This document shows, one piece after another, positions 35,801-56,300 of a DNA stretch of 64,000 nucleotides; position 1 is the stretch's first letter; each line of letters starts with the position of its first letter. The DNA comes from the human T2T-CHM13v2.0 reference genome, Homo sapiens. The stretch is taken from the NCBI RefSeq assembly GCF_009914755.1, contig NC_060943.1; one strand, given 5' to 3'. Below the pieces are notes generated by a model. It saw nothing but the letters and a program-made list of their open reading frames with translations, did not search any database and was not told the origin of the DNA. The position numbers and the translations under genes were made by a program.

Positions 35801-36325
35801 ATACTGCTTTGTGATGTGTGCAATCAACTCACAGAGTTTAACCTATCTTTTGATAGAGCATTTTTGAAACACACTTATTGTAGAATCTGCAAGTGGATAT
35901 TTGGAGCACTTTGAGGGTTATGGTGCAAAAGGAAATATCTTCACATAAACTAGACAGAAGCATTCTCAGAAACTTCATTGTGAAATTTGCATTCAACTCA
36001 GAGAGTTAAACATTTCTTTTGCAAGAGCAGTTTTGAAACACTCTTTTTGAAAAGTCTGCAAGTGGATATTTTGAGTGCTTTCTGTCCTAAGTTGGAAACG
36101 GGAATATCTTCATATGAACACTGGACAGAAGCATACTCAGAAACTTCCTTGTGATGTGTACATTCAACTCACATAGTTGAACTTTCCTTTTGATAGAGCA
36201 GTTTTGAAACACTCTTTTTGTAGTATCTGCAAGTGGATATTTGGAGTCCTTTGAAGCCTTCTTTCGAAACGGGAATACCTTCACATAAAAAGTAGACAGA
36301 AGGATTCTTAAAAAACTCCTTTGTG
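14845..36325 (+). repeat. Alpha satellite, divergent monomeric, mixed A-type (pJalpha box) and B-type (CENP-B box) monomers, SF5-like
   Basis: ~171-bp period. Irregular alternation of CTATGGTGGAAAAGGAAATATC and CTTCGTTGGAAACGGGAATATC. Several local tandem duplications. The SF5 assignment is inference. Confidence 0.97.
16680..16696 (+). promoter_or_regulatory. Canonical CENP-B box (example; others at 24014, 43041, 50720, 57915, 60971)
   Basis: Exact CTTCGTTGGAAACGGGA 17-mer. Many other copies are decayed at CpG (CTTCATTGG, AAATGGG). Confidence 0.93.
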
Positions 36326-37218
36326 GAAGATGGCCGAATAGGAACAGCTCTGGTCTACAGCTCCCAGAGTGAGCGACGCAGAAGACGGGTGATTTCTGCA
36401 TTTCCATCTGAGGTACCAGGTTCATCTCACTAGGGAGTGCCAGAGAGTGGGCACAGGTCAGTGGGTGCGTGCACCGTGTGTGAGCCGAAGCAGGGCGAGG
36501 CATTGCCTCACTTGGGAAGTGCAAGGGGTCAGGGAGTTCCCTTTCCAAGTCAAAGAAAGGGGTGACAGAGGCACCTGGAAAATCGGGTGACTCCCACCAG
36601 AATACTGCACTTTTCCGACCGGCTTAAAAATCGGCGCACCACGAGATTATATCCCGCAACTGGCTGGGAGGGTCCTAAGCCCACGGAGTCTTGCTAATTG
36701 CTAGCACAGCAGTCTGAGATCAAACTGCAAGGCGGCAGCTAGGCTGGGGGAGGGGCGCCCATAATTTCCCTGGCTTGCTTAGGTAAACAAAGCAGCCGGG
36801 AAGCTCGAACTGGGTGGAGCCCACCACAGCTCAAGAGGCCTGCCTGCCTCTGTAGGCTCCACCTCTGGGGGCAGGGCACAGACAAACAAAAAGACAGCAG
36901 TAACCTCTGGAGACTTAAATGTCCCTGTCTGACAGCTTTGAAGAGAGCAGTGGTTCTCCCAGCACGCCGCTGGAGATCTGAGAATGGGCAGACTGCCTCC
37001 TCAAGTGGGTCCCTGACACCTGACACCCGAGCAGCTAACTGGGAGGCACCCCCCAGCAGGGGCACACTGACACCTCACATGGCAGGGTATTCCAACAGAC
37101 CGGCAGCTGAGGCTCCTGTCTGTTGGAAGGAAAACTAACAAACAGAAAGGACATCCACACCAAAAACCCATCTGTACATCACCATCATCAAAGACCAAAA
37201 GTAGATAAAACCACAAAG

Positions 37219-38243
37219 ATGGGGAAAAAACAGAACAGAAAAACTGGAAACTCTAAAAAGCAGAGCGCCTCTCCTCCTCCAAAGGAATGCAGTTCCTCAC
37301 CAGCAATGGAACAAAGCTGGATGGAGAATGACTTTGACAAGCTGAGAGAAGAAGGCTTCAGACAATCAAATTACTCTGAGCTACGTGAGGACATTCAAAC
37401 CAAAGGCAAAGAAGTTGAAAACTTTGAAAAAAATTTAGAAGAACGTATAACTAGAATAACCATAACCAATACAGAGAAGTGCTTAAAGGAACTGATGGAG
37501 CTGAAAACTAAGGCTCGAGAATCACGTGAAGAATGCAGAAGCCTCAGGAGCCGATGCGATCAACTGGAAGAAAGGGTATCAGCGATGGAAGATGAAGTGA
37601 ATGAAATGAAGCGAGAAGGGAAGTCTAGAGAAAAAAGAATAAAAAGAAATGAGCAAAGTCTCCAAGAAATATGGTACTATGTGAAAAGACCAAATCTACG
37701 TCTGATTGGTGTACCTGAAAGTGATGGGGAGAATGGAACCAAGTTGGAAAACACTCTGCAGGATATTATCCAGGAGAACCTCCCCAGTCTAGCAAGGCAG
37801 GCCAACGTTCAGATTCAGGAAATACAGAGAACGCCACAAAGATACTCCTCGAGAAGAGCAACTCCGAGACACATAATTGTCAGATTCACCAAAGTTGAAA
37901 TGAAGGAAAAAATGTTAAGGGCAGCCAGAGAGAAAGGTCGGGTTACCCTCACGAAGGGAAGCCCATCAGACTAACAGTGGATCTCTCGGTAGAAACCCTA
38001 CAAGCCAGAAGACAGTGGGGGCCAATATTCAACATTCTTAAAGAAAAGAATTTTCAACCCAGAATTTCATATCCAGCCAAACTAAGCTTCATAAGTGAAG
38101 GAGAAATAAAATACTTTACAGACAAGCAAATGCTGAGAGATTTTGTCACCACCAGGCCTGCCCTAAAAGAGCTCCTGAAGGAAGCACTCAACATGGAAAG
38201 GAACAACCGGTACCAGCCACTGCAAAATCATCCCAAAATGTAA
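37219..38243 (+). pseudogene. L1-C ORF1, open for 251 aa then frameshifted
   Basis: MGKKQNRK from 37219, open to ...RVTLTKGSPSD* (37974). C-terminal domain (ARR, YPAKLS) lies in another frame to 38243. In-frame 6-bp duplication (ITITN) in the coiled coil. Confidence 0.96.
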
Positions 38244-38306
38244 AGACCATCGAGACTAGGAAGAAACTGCATCAACTAATGAGCAAAATAACCATCTAAC
38301 GTCATA

Positions 38307-42131
<3,825 letters not shown>

Positions 42132-42411
42132 ACAATGAGATCACATGGACACATGAAGGGGAATATCACACTCTGGGGACTGTGGTTGGGTGGGGGGAGG
42201 GGGGAGGGATAGCATTGGGAGATATACCTAATGCTAGATGACAAGTTAGTGGGTGCAGCACACCAGCATGGCACATGTATACATATGTAACTAAGCTGCA
42301 CAATGTGCACATGTACCCTAAAACATAAAGTATAATAAATAAATAAATAAATAAAAGAAGTTACTGAAAAATAAAATAAAATAAAATAAAATAAAATACT
42401 CTATAAAAAGA

Positions 42412-45191
42412 AAAAAACTACTTTGTGAAGTGTGCATTCAACTCACAGAGTTGAACACTCCTTTTGATAGAGAAGTTTTGAAACACCCTTTTTGTAGTAT
42501 ATACATGGGAACATTTTGATCCCTTTAAGGCCTCTGGTAGAAAAGGCAAGTCCTTTATATAAAAACAGGAAAGAAGCATTCTCAGAATCTAGTTTCTGAT
42601 GTGCACTTTGAACTCACAGAGTTGAACCTTGTTTTTGATAGAGCAGTTTTGAAACACTCTTTTTGTAGAATCTGCAAGTGGATAATTGGAGAACTTTGAT
42701 GTCTTCGTTGGAAACGGCTATATCTTCACATAAAAAAAGACATATGCAGTATCAGAAACTTCTTTGTGTTGTGTGCTTTCAACTCACAGAGTTGAACCTT
42801 ACTTTTGATAGAGCAGTTTTGAAACACTTTTTTTGTAGAATCTGCAAGTGGATATTTCTAGTGGTTAGAAGCATTCGTTAGAAACGGGAATATCTCCGCG
42901 TAAAAACTAGACAGAAGCATTCTCAGAAACTTCTTAATGAGCGCATTCAACTCATAGAGTTGAAGCTTTCTTTTGATAGAGCAGTTTTGAAACCCTCTTT
43001 TTGTAGAATATGCAAGTGGATATTTGGAGTGCTTTGAAGCCTTCGTTGGAAACGGGAATACCTTCACATAAAAAGTAGACAGAAGGATTCTCAGAAACTA
43101 CTTTGTGATGTGTGCATTCAACTCACAGATTTGAACCTTCCTTTTGATAGAGCAGTTTTGAAACACTCTTTTTGTAGTATATGCAAGTGGATATTTGGAG
43201 TGCTTTGAAGCTTTCATTGGAAAGGGGAATATCTTCCCATAAAAAGTAGACAGAAGGATTCTGAGAAACTACTTTTTGATGTGTTCATTCAACTCACAGA
43301 GTTGAACACTGCTTTTGATAGAGAAGTTTTGAAACACTCTTCTTGTTGAACCTACACATGGATACTGGGATCTCTGTAAGGTCTCTGGTAGAAAAAGCAA
43401 TTTCTTTATATAAAAACCAGAGGGAAGCATTCTCAGAATCTAGTTTCTGATGTGTGCATTCAACTCACAGATTTCAACCTTTCTTTTGATGGAACAGTTT
43501 TGAGACACTTTTTGTGGTATCTGCAAGTGGATATTTTGACTGCTTTGAGGAATTCGTTGGAAACGGGAATATCTTCACATAAATACCACACAGAGGCATT
43601 CTCAAAAACTTCCTTGTGATACGTGCATTCAACTGACAGAGTTGAATCTTCCTTTGGATCTAGCAGTTTTGAAACACTCTTTTGGTAGTATCTGCTTGTG
43701 TATATTTGGAGTGCTTTGAAGCCTTCTTTGGAAACGGAAATATATTCACAAAGAAAGTAGACGGAAGCATTCTCAGAAACTTCCTTTTGATGTGAGCATT
43801 CAACTCACAGAGTTGAACCTTCCTTTTGATATAGCAGTTTTAAAAAACGTTTTTTGTAGAATCTGCAAGTGGATTGTTGGACTACTTTGAAGTCTTCATT
43901 GGAAACGGCTATATTTTCACCTAAAAACAAGACAGATGCATTCTCAGAAACTTTTTTGTGATGTGCCCATTCAACTCACAGAGTTGAACCGTCCTATTGA
44001 TAGAGCAGTACTGAAAGACTCCTTTGGTACAATCTCCATGTGGATATTTTGACCGCTTGGTGTCCTTCTTTGGAAACGGGAATATCGTCACAAAAAACTG
44101 GACAGAAGCATTCTCAGAAACTTCCGCGTGATATGTGCATTCAACTCACAGAGTTGGACCTTCCTTTTGATAGAGCAGTTTTGAAACACTCTTTTTGTGG
44201 TAGCTGCAAGTGCATATTTGGTGTGCTTTGAAGCTTCCGTTGGAAACGGGAATATATTCACATAAAAACTAGACAGAAGCATTCTCAGAAACTTCCCTGT
44301 GATGTGTGCATTAAACTCACAGAGTTGAACGTTCCTTTTGATAGAACAGTTTTGAGACTAACTTTTTGTAGAATCTGCAAGTGGATAATTGCAGTAATTT
44401 GAAGTCTTCATTGCAAACATCTATATCTTTACATGAAAACTAGACAGATGCATTTTCAGAAACTTCTTTGTGATGTGTGCATTCAACTCACAGAGTTGAA
44501 CCTTCCTTTTGATAAAGCAGTTTTGAAACACTCTTTTTGTAGAATCTGCAAGTGTATAATTCTAGTGTTTATAAACCTTCACTGGAAACGGGAATATCTC
44601 CACATAAAAACTAGACAGAAGCATTCTCAGAAACTTCTTTATGATGTGTGCATTCAACTCACAGAGTTGAACATTCCTTTTGATAGAGCAGTTTTTAAAC
44701 ACTCTTTTTGTAGAATATGCAAGTGGATATTTGGAGTGCTTTGAAGACTTCGTTGAAAACGGGAATATCTTCACATGAAAAGTAGACGGAGTTATTCTCA
44801 GAAACAACTTTGTGATGTGTGCATTTAACTCTCAGAATTGAACACTCCTTTTGATAAAGCAGTTTTGAAACACTCTTTTTGTTGCATCTAAAAGTGGATA
44901 TTTGCATCCCTGTAAGGCCTCTGGAAGAAAAGGCAATTTCTTTATATAAAAACTAGAAAGAAGGATTCTCAGAATCTAGTTTCTGATGTGTGCATTCAAC
45001 TCACAGATTTCAAGCTTTCTTTTGATAGAGCAGTTTTGAAACACTTTTTGTGGGATCTGCAAGTGGATATTTCGACTGTTTTGAGGTATTCGTTGAAAAC
45101 GGGAATATCTTCACATAAATACCATACAGAAGCATTCTCAGAAACATCTTTTGGATGTTTGCATTCAACTAACAGAGTTGACCATGTCCTT
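42412..45191 (+). repeat. Alpha satellite, divergent, B-type rich
   Basis: ~171-bp monomers in register with those left of L1-C. Confidence 0.98.
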
Positions 45192-47322
<2,131 letters not shown>

Positions 47323-50300
47323 GAACATGTCCTTCAATAGAGCAGTTTGAAGTAGTCTTTTGGTAGAATCTGCAATTAGATATTATGAGCGCTTTGAGGC
47401 CTATGGTATAAAAGGGTATATCTTTTTATAAAATCTAGATAGAACAATTCTCAGAAAATATTTTGTGATGTGTGCCTAAAACTCACAGAATTTAACCTTT
47501 CTTTTGATAGAGCAGTTTTGAAACACTGTTTTCACAGGATCTGCAGGTGGATAATTGGAGTCTTTTGAAGCCTTCGTTGGAAACGGGAATATCTTCACCT
47601 AAAAACCGGACAGAAGCATTCTCAAAAACTGCTTTGTGAGGTGTGCATTCAACTCACAGAGTTTAAGCTATCTTTTGACAGAGCAGTTTTGAAACTCTCT
47701 TATTGTACAATCTGCAAGTGGACATTTGGAGCACTTTGAGGGCTATGGTGGAAAAGGAAATATCTTCACATAAAAACTAGACGGAAGCATTCTCAGAAAC
47801 TTCTTGTGATGTTTGCGTTCAACTCAGAGAGTTAAACATTTCTATTGCTGGAGCAGTTATGAAACACTCTTTTTGTAGAATCTGCAAGTGGATATTTTGA
47901 CCACTTTGTGTCCTTCATTGTAAACGGGAATATTTTTACATAAAAACTGGACAGAAACATTCTCAGAAACTTCGTTGTGATGTGTGCATTCAACTGTCAG
48001 AGTTGAACCTTCCTTTTGATTGAGCAGTTTTAAAACAGCTTTTGGTGGTATCTGCAACTGCATATTTGCTGTGTTTTGAAGCCTTCGTTGGAAACGAAAA
48101 TGTATTCACTTAAAAACTAGACAGAAGCATTCTCAGAAACTTCCTTGTGATGAGTGCCTTCAACTCGCAGAGTTGAACACTTCTTTTGATAGAGCAGTTT
48201 TGGAACACTCTTTCTGTAGAATCTACACGTGGATATTTTGAGCCCTTTAAGGCCTCTTGTAGAAAAGGCAATTTCTTTACATAAAAACTAGAAAGAAGCA
48301 TTCTCAGAATCTAGTTTCTGATGTGTGCATTTAACTCACAGATTTTAACCTGTCTTTTGATTGAACAGTTTAAGATTGAACCTGTCTTTTGATTGAACAG
48401 TTGCATTCAACTCAGAGAGTTAAACATTTCTTTTGCTAGAGCAGTTTTGAAACACTGTTTTTGTAGAATCTGCAAGTGGATATTTTGACCGCTTTTTGTC
48501 CTTCGTTGGAAACGGGAATATCTTCACAAAAAAACTGGACAGAAGCATTCTCAGAAACTTCCTTGGGATGTGTGCATTCAACTCACAGAGTTGAAACTTC
48601 CTTTTGATAGAGTAGTTTTGAAACACTCTTTTAGAGTATCTGCAAGTGTATATTTGGAGTGCTTTGAAGCCTTCGTTGAAAACGGGAATATATTCACATG
48701 AAAACTAGACAGAATAATTCTCAGAAACTTCATTGTGATCTGTCCATTCAACTCACAGAGTTGAACCTTCCTTTTGATAGAGCAGTTTTGAAACACTCTT
48801 TTTGTAGTATATGCAAGTGAATATTCGGAGTGCATTGAAGCCTTCTTTGGACACGGGAATATCTTCACATAAAAAGTAGACAGAAGGATTCTCAGAAACT
48901 ACTTTTTGATGTGTGCCTTCAACTCACAGAGGTGAACACTTCTTTAGATAGAGCAATTTTGAAACACTCTTTTTGTAGAATCTGTAAGTGGATAATTGCA
49001 GTACTTTGAAGTCTTCATTGGAAAAGTCTATATCTTCACATGAAAACTAGACAGATGCATTCTCAGAAACTTCTTTGTGATGTGTGCATTCAACTCACGG
49101 AGTGGAACCTTCCTTTTGATGGAGAAGTTTTGAAACACTCTTTTGGTAGAATCTGTAAGTGGATACTTGGAGCGCTTTGAGGCCTTTAGTAGAAAAGGAA
49201 ATAACTTCATATAAAAATTAGTCTGAAGCATCCTCAGAAACTACTCTGTGATCTGTGCTTAGAACTCACATAATTTAACCTTTCTTTTGATAGAGCAGTT
49301 TTGAAACCCTCTTTTTGTAGGATCTGCAAGTGGATAATTCGTATGCTTTGAAGCCTTCTTTGGAAAAGGGAACATCTTCACCTAAAAACCAGATAGAAGC
49401 ATTCCCAAAAACTAGTTTGTGATGTGTGCATTCAGTTCACAGAGTTTAACCTATCTTTTGGCAGAGTAGTTTAGAAACACTCTTATTGCAGAATCTGCAA
49501 GTGGACATTTGGAGCACTTTGATGGCTGTGGTGGAAAAGGAAATATCTTCACATTAAAACTAGACAGAAGCATTCTCAGACACTTCTTTGTGATGTTTGC
49601 ATTCAACTCAGAGAGTTAAATATTTATTTTGCTAGAGCAGTTTTGAAACACTCTTTTTGTAGAATCTGCAAGTTGATATTTTGACCTCTTTGTGTCCTTT
49701 GTTGGAGAAGGGAATATCTTCACATAAAAACCTGACAGAAGCATTCTCAGAAACTTCCTTGTAACGTGTGCATTCACCTCACAGAGTTAAGCCTTTCTTT
49801 TGAGAGAGCAGTTTTGAAACACTCTTTTTGTTGTATCTGCAAGTGGATACTTGGAGTGATTTGAAGCCTTCATTGGAAACGGGCATATAGTCACATAAAA
49901 ACTAGACAGAAGCATTCTCAAAAAATTCCTTGTGATGTGTGCATTCAACTCACAGCGTTGAACTCTCCTTTTGAGAGAGCAGTTTTGAAACACTCTTCTT
50001 GTAGTATCTGCACGTGTATATTTGGAGTGCTTTGAAGCGTTCGTTGGAACAGGAATATATTCAGATAAAAACTAGACAGAAGAATTCTCATAAACTTCCT
50101 TGTGATGTGTGCATTGAACTCACAGGTTTGAACCTTCCTTTTGATAGAGAAGTTTTGAAACACTCTTTTTGAAGGATGTGCAGGTGGATAATTGGAGTTC
50201 TTTGAAGCCTTCGTTGGAAACGGGAATATCTTCACCTAAATACTAGACAGAAACATTCTCCAAAACTACTTTGTGATGCGTGCATTCAACTCACAGAGAT

Positions 50301-53300
50301 TAACCTATCTTTTTACAGAGGAGTTTTGAAACACACTTATTGTAGAATCTGCAAGTGGACATTTGGAGCACTTTGAGGGCTGTAGTGGATATGGAAATAT
50401 CTTCACATAAAAACTAGACAGAAGCATTCTCAGAAACTGCTTGTGATGTGTGTACTCAACTCACAGAATTGAACCTCTCTTTAGATACAGCAGTTTTGAA
50501 ACACTCTTTTTGTAGAATCTGCAAGTGGATATTTTGACCCTTTGTGTCCTTCATTGGAAACGGGAATATCTTCATATAAAAACTGGACAGAAGCATTCTC
50601 AGAAACTTCTTTGTGATGTATGCATTCAACTCACAGGGTTAAACCTTCCTTTTGATAGAGCAGTTTTCAAACACTCTTTTTATAATATCTGCAAGTGGAT
50701 ATTTGGAGGGCTTTGAAGCCTTCGTTGGAAACGGGAATATAGTCACATAAAAACTAGACAGAAGCATTCTCAGAAACTTCCTTGTGATGTGTGCATTCAA
50801 CTCACAGAGTTGAACCTTCCTTTAGATAGAGCAGTTTTGAAACACTCTTTTTGTAGTATCTGCAAGTGGATATTTGGAGTCCTTTGAAGCCTTCTTTGGA
50901 AACGGGAATACCTTCACATAAAAAGTAGACAGAAGCTTTGTCAGAAACTTTTTTTGTGATGTGTGCATTCAACTCACAGAGTTGAACCTTCCTTTTGATA
51001 GAGCAGCTTTGAAACACTCTTTTTGTAGAATATGCAAGTGGATATTTTGACTGATTCGAGGAATTCGTTGGAAACGGGAACATCTTCACATAAAAAATGG
51101 ACAGAAGTATTCTCAGAAACTACTTTGTGATGTGTGCATTCAACTCACAGAGTTGAACACTCCTTTTGATAGAGCAGTTTTGAAACACTCTCTTTGTAGT
51201 ATCTACATGTGGATATTTGCATCCCTTTAAGGCCTCTGGTAGAAAAGGCAATTTATAGTAAAACTAGAAAGAAGCATTCTCAGAAACTAGCTTCTGATGT
51301 GTGCACTCAACTCACAGATTTTAACATTTTTTTTGATAGAGCAGTTTTGAAACACTCTTTTTGTAGAATCTGCAAGTGGTATTTTGACCGCTTTTTGTCC
51401 TTCGTTGGAAACGGGAATATCTTCACATTAAAACTGGACAGAATCATTCTCAGAATCTTCCTTGTGATGTGTGCATTCAATTCCCAGAGTTGAACCTTCC
51501 TTTTGATAGAGCAGTTTTGAAGCACTCTTTTTGCAGTATCTGCAAATGTATATTTTGAGTTCTTTGAAGCGTTTGTTGGAAACGGGAATATATTCACATA
51601 AAAACTAGGCAGAAGCATTCTCAGAAAGTTCCTTGTCATGCACGCATTCAACTCACAGAGTTGAACCTTTCTTTTGAAGAGCAGTTTTGAAACACTCTTT
51701 TTGTAGTATCTGCAAGTGTATATTTGGAATGCTTTGAATCCTTCATTGGAAATTGGAATATATTCACATAAAAGTTAGACAGAAGCATTCTCAGAAAATT
51801 TTTTGTGATATGTGCATTCAACTAACAGTGTTTAACCTTCCTTTTGATAGAGCATTTTTGAAACACTCTTTTTGTTGATTCTTCAAGGGGATAATTGGAG
51901 TACTTTGAAGTCTTCATTGGAAACGGCTACATTTTCATATCAAAACAAGGCAGATGCATTCTCAGAAAGTTTTCTGTGATGTGCCCATTGAACTCACAGA
52001 GATGAGCCTTCCTTTTGATAGAACGGTATTGAAAGACTCTTTTTGTAGAATCTGCAAGTGGATTTTTTGAGCGCTTTTTGTCCTTCTTGGAAACGGGAAT
52101 ATCTTCAGATAAAAACAGGACAGAGGCATTGTCAAAATCTTCCTTGTGATGTGGGCAATCAACTCAGAGAGTTGAACCTTCCTTTTGATAGAGCGGTTTT
52201 GAAACACTCTTTCTGTAGTATCTGCAAGTGGATATTTGGAGTGGTTTGAAGCCTTCGTTGGAAATGGGAATATACTCAGATTAAAAACTAGACAAAAGCA
52301 TTCTGAGAAACTTCTTTGTGATGTATGCATTCAACTCACAGTGTTGAAACTTCCTTTTGATAGAACAGTTTTGAAACACTCTTTGTAGAATCTACACATG
52401 GATATTTGCATCCGTTTAAGGCCTCTGGTAGAAAAGGCAATTTCTTTATATAAAAACTAGAAAGAAGCATTCTCAGAAACTAGCTTCTGATGTGTGCCTT
52501 CAATTCACAGATTTTAACATGTCTTTTGATATAGCAGTTTTGAAACACTCTTTTTGTAGAATCTGCAAGTGGATATTTTGACCGCTTTCTGTAGTTCGTT
52601 GTAAACGAGAATATCTTCACATAAAAACTGGACAGAAGCATTCTCAGAAAGTTCCTTGTGATGTGTGCATTCAACTCTCAGAGTTGAACCTTCCTTTTGA
52701 TAGAGCAGTTTCGAAACACTCTTTTTGTAGTATCTGCCAGTGTATATTTTGAGTTCTTTGAAGTCTCTGTTGTAAATGGGAATATATTCACAGAAAAACT
52801 AGACAGAAGCATTCACAGAAACTTACTTGTCATGCACACATTCAACTCACAGAGTTGGACCTTTCTTTTGATAGAGAAGTTTTTAAACACTCGTTTTGTA
52901 GTATCTGCAATTGAATATTTGGAGTACCTTGAAGCCTTCGTTGGAAACGGGAATGTAGTCACATAAAAACTAGACAGAAGCATTCTCATAAACTTCCTTA
53001 TGATGTGTGCATTGAACTCACAGATTTTGAACCTTCCTTTTGATAGAGGAGTTTTGAAACAGTCTTTTTGAAGGATCTGCAAGTGGATGATTGGACTGCT
53101 TTGAAGTCTTCATTGGAAAGAGGAATATCTTCACCTAAAAACTACACAGAAGCATTCTCAAAAACTACTTTGTGATGTGTGCATTCAACTCACAGAGTTT
53201 AACATATCTTTTGATAGAACAGTTTTGAAACACTCTTATTGTAGAATCTTCAAGTGGACATTTAGAGCACTTTGAGGACTATGGTGGAAAAGGAAATATC

Positions 53301-56300
53301 TTCATATAAAAACTAGGCAGAAGCATTGTCAGAAACTTCCTTATGATGTGTGCATTCAACCCACAGAGTTGAAACTTGCTTTTGATAGAGCAGTTTTGAA
53401 ACACTCTTTTTGTAGAATCTGCAAGTGGATATTTCTATTGGTTAGAGGCCTTCGTTGGAAACGGGAATATCTCCACATAAAAACTAGATGGAAGCATTCT
53501 CAGAAATTTCTTTGTGATGTGTGCATTCCACTCACAGAGTTTAACCTTCCTTTTGTTAGAGCAGTTTTGAAACACTCTTTTTTTTAGTATATGAAAATGG
53601 ATTTATGGAGTGCTTTGAAGCTCTCGTTGGAAATGGGAATATCTTCACATAAAAAGTAGACAGAAAGATTCTCCGAAACTACATTGTGATGTGTGTTTTC
53701 AGCTCACAGAGTTTAACCCATCTTTTGACAGAGCAGTTTTGAAACACACTTATTGTAGAATCTACAAGTGGACATTTGGAGCACTTTGAGTGCTATGGTG
53801 GAAAAGGAAATATCTTCACATAAAAACTAGACAGAAGCATTCTCAGAAACTTCTTGTGATGTTTGCATGCAACTCAAAGAGTTAAACCTTTCTTTTGCTA
53901 GAGCAGTTTTGAAACACTCTTTTTGTAGAATCTGCAAGTGGATATTTTGAGTGCTTTGTGTCCTTCATTAGAAACGGGAATATCTTCACATAAAAACTGG
54001 ACAGAAGCATTCTCAGAAACTTCTTTGTTATGTGTGCATTCAACTCACAGAGTTGAACCTTCCTTTTAATAGAGCTGTTTTGAAACACTCTTTTTATAGT
54101 ATCTGCAAGTGTATATTCGGAGTGCTTTGAAGCCTTCGTCGGAAATAGGAATATATTCCCATAAAAACTAGACAGAAGCATTCTCAGAAACTTCCTTGTG
54201 ATGTGTGCATTTAACTCACACAGTTGAACCTTCCTTTTGATAGAGCAGTTTTGAAACACTCTTTTTGTAGAATCTGCAAGTGTATAATTGGAGCACTTTG
54301 AAGTCTTCATTGGAAATGCTTACATATTCACATGAAAACAAGACAGATGCATTCTCCGAAACTTCTTTGTGATGTGTGCATTCAACTCACAGAGTTGAAC
54401 CTTCCTTTTGATAGAGCAGCTTTGAAACACTCTTCTTGTAGAATATGCTAGTGTATATATGGAGTGCTTTGAAGCCTTCATTGGAAACGGGAATATCTTT
54501 ACATAAATAGTAGACAGAAGCATTCTCAGAAACTACTTTGTGATGAGTGCATTCAGCTCACAGTGTTGAACACTCCTTTTGATAGAGCAGCTTTAAAACA
54601 CTCTTTTTGTAGAATCTGAAAGTGGACTTTGGAACACTTTGATGGCTATGGTGGAAAAGGAAATATCTTAAAATATTTGCATCCCTTTAAGGCCTCTTTT
54701 AGAAAAGGCAGTATCTTTATATAAAATCTAGAAAGAAGCATTGTCAGAAAGTAGCTTCTGATGTGTCCATTTAACTCATAGATTTTAACATTTCTTTTGA
54801 TAGAGCAGTTTTGAAACTCTCTTTTTTGTAGAATCTGCAAGTGGCTATTTTGACTGCTTTGAGTAATTCGTTGGAAACGGGAATATCTTCACTTAAATAC
54901 CAGACAGAAACATTTTCAGAAACTTCTTTGTGATGTTTGCATTCAATTCACAGTGTTGCATCTTTCTTTTCGTAGAGCAGTTTTAAAACACTCTTTTGGC
55001 AGTATCAGCAATTGGATATTTGGAGCGTTTTGAGGCCTACAGTGGAAAAGGAATTATTTTCATATAAAAACTAGACAGAAGCATTCTCAGAAACTACTTT
55101 TTGATGTGTGCTTACAACTCACAGAATTTAACCTATCTTTTGATAGAGCAGTTTTAAACACTCTTTTTATAGAATCTGCAATTTGATAATTGGAGTGCTT
55201 TGAAGTCTTTGTTGGACACGAGAATATCTTCACCTAAAATTAGACTGAAGCATTCTCAAAAACTCCTTTGTGATGTGTGCATTCAACTCACAGAGTTGAA
55301 CCTTCCTTTTGACAGAGCTGTTTTGAAGCACTCTCATCGTAGAATCTGAAAGTGGACATTGGAACACTCTGATGGCTATGGTGGAAAAGGAAATATCTTA
55401 ACATAAAAACTAGGCAGAAGCATTCTAAGAAACATCTTTGGGATGTTTGCATTCAACTCAGAGAGTTGAACTTTTTTTTGTTAGAGCAGTTTTGAAACAT
55501 TCTTTTTGTAGAATCTGTAAGTGGATATTTTGACCGCTTTGTGTCCTTTATTGGAAACGGGAATATCTTCACATAAAAACTGGACAGAAGCATTCTCAGA
55601 AACTTCCTTGTTATGTGTGCATTCAACTCACAGAGTTGAACCTTCCTGTTGATAGAGCAGTTTTGAAACACTCTTTTTGCAGTACCTGCAACTGTGTATT
55701 TTGAGTTCTTTGAAGCCTTTGTTGGAAACGGGAATATATTCACATAAAAACTAGACAGAAGCATTCTCAGAAGCTTCCTTGTCATGCACACATTAAACCC
55801 ACAGAGTTGAACCTTTCTTTTGAAAGAGCAGTTTTGAAACACCCTTTTTCTAGTATCTGCAAGTGTATATTTGGAGTGCTTTGAATCCTTCATTGGAAAT
55901 GGGAATATATTCACCTAAAAGTTAGACAGAAGCATTCTCGGAAACTTTTTTGTGTTGTGTGCATTCAACTTACAGAGTTTAACCTTCCTTTTGATAGGGC
56001 AGTTTTGAAACATTCTTTTTGTTGAATCTGCAAGTGGATAATTGGAGTACTTTGAAGTCTTCATTGGTAATGGCTACCTCTTCACATAAAAACAAGACAA
56101 ATGCATTCTCAGAAACTTTTTTATGATGTGCCCACTCATCTCACAGGTTGAACTTTCCTTTTGATAGAGCGGTATTGAAAGACTCTTTTGGTAGGACCTG
56201 CAATTGGATTTTTTGAGCGCTTTGTGTCCTTCGTTGGAAACGGGAATATCTTCACAGAAAAACAGGACAGAAGCATTCTCAGAAACTTCCTTGTGATAGG

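Noticed and set aside
37945-37980. Programmed -1 frameshift rescuing the ORF1 CG insertion
   Set aside because: A -1 shift would restore the frame, but CTC ACG AAG GGA AGC CCA TCA GAC contains no X XXY YYZ slippery heptamer. Unsupported from sequence.
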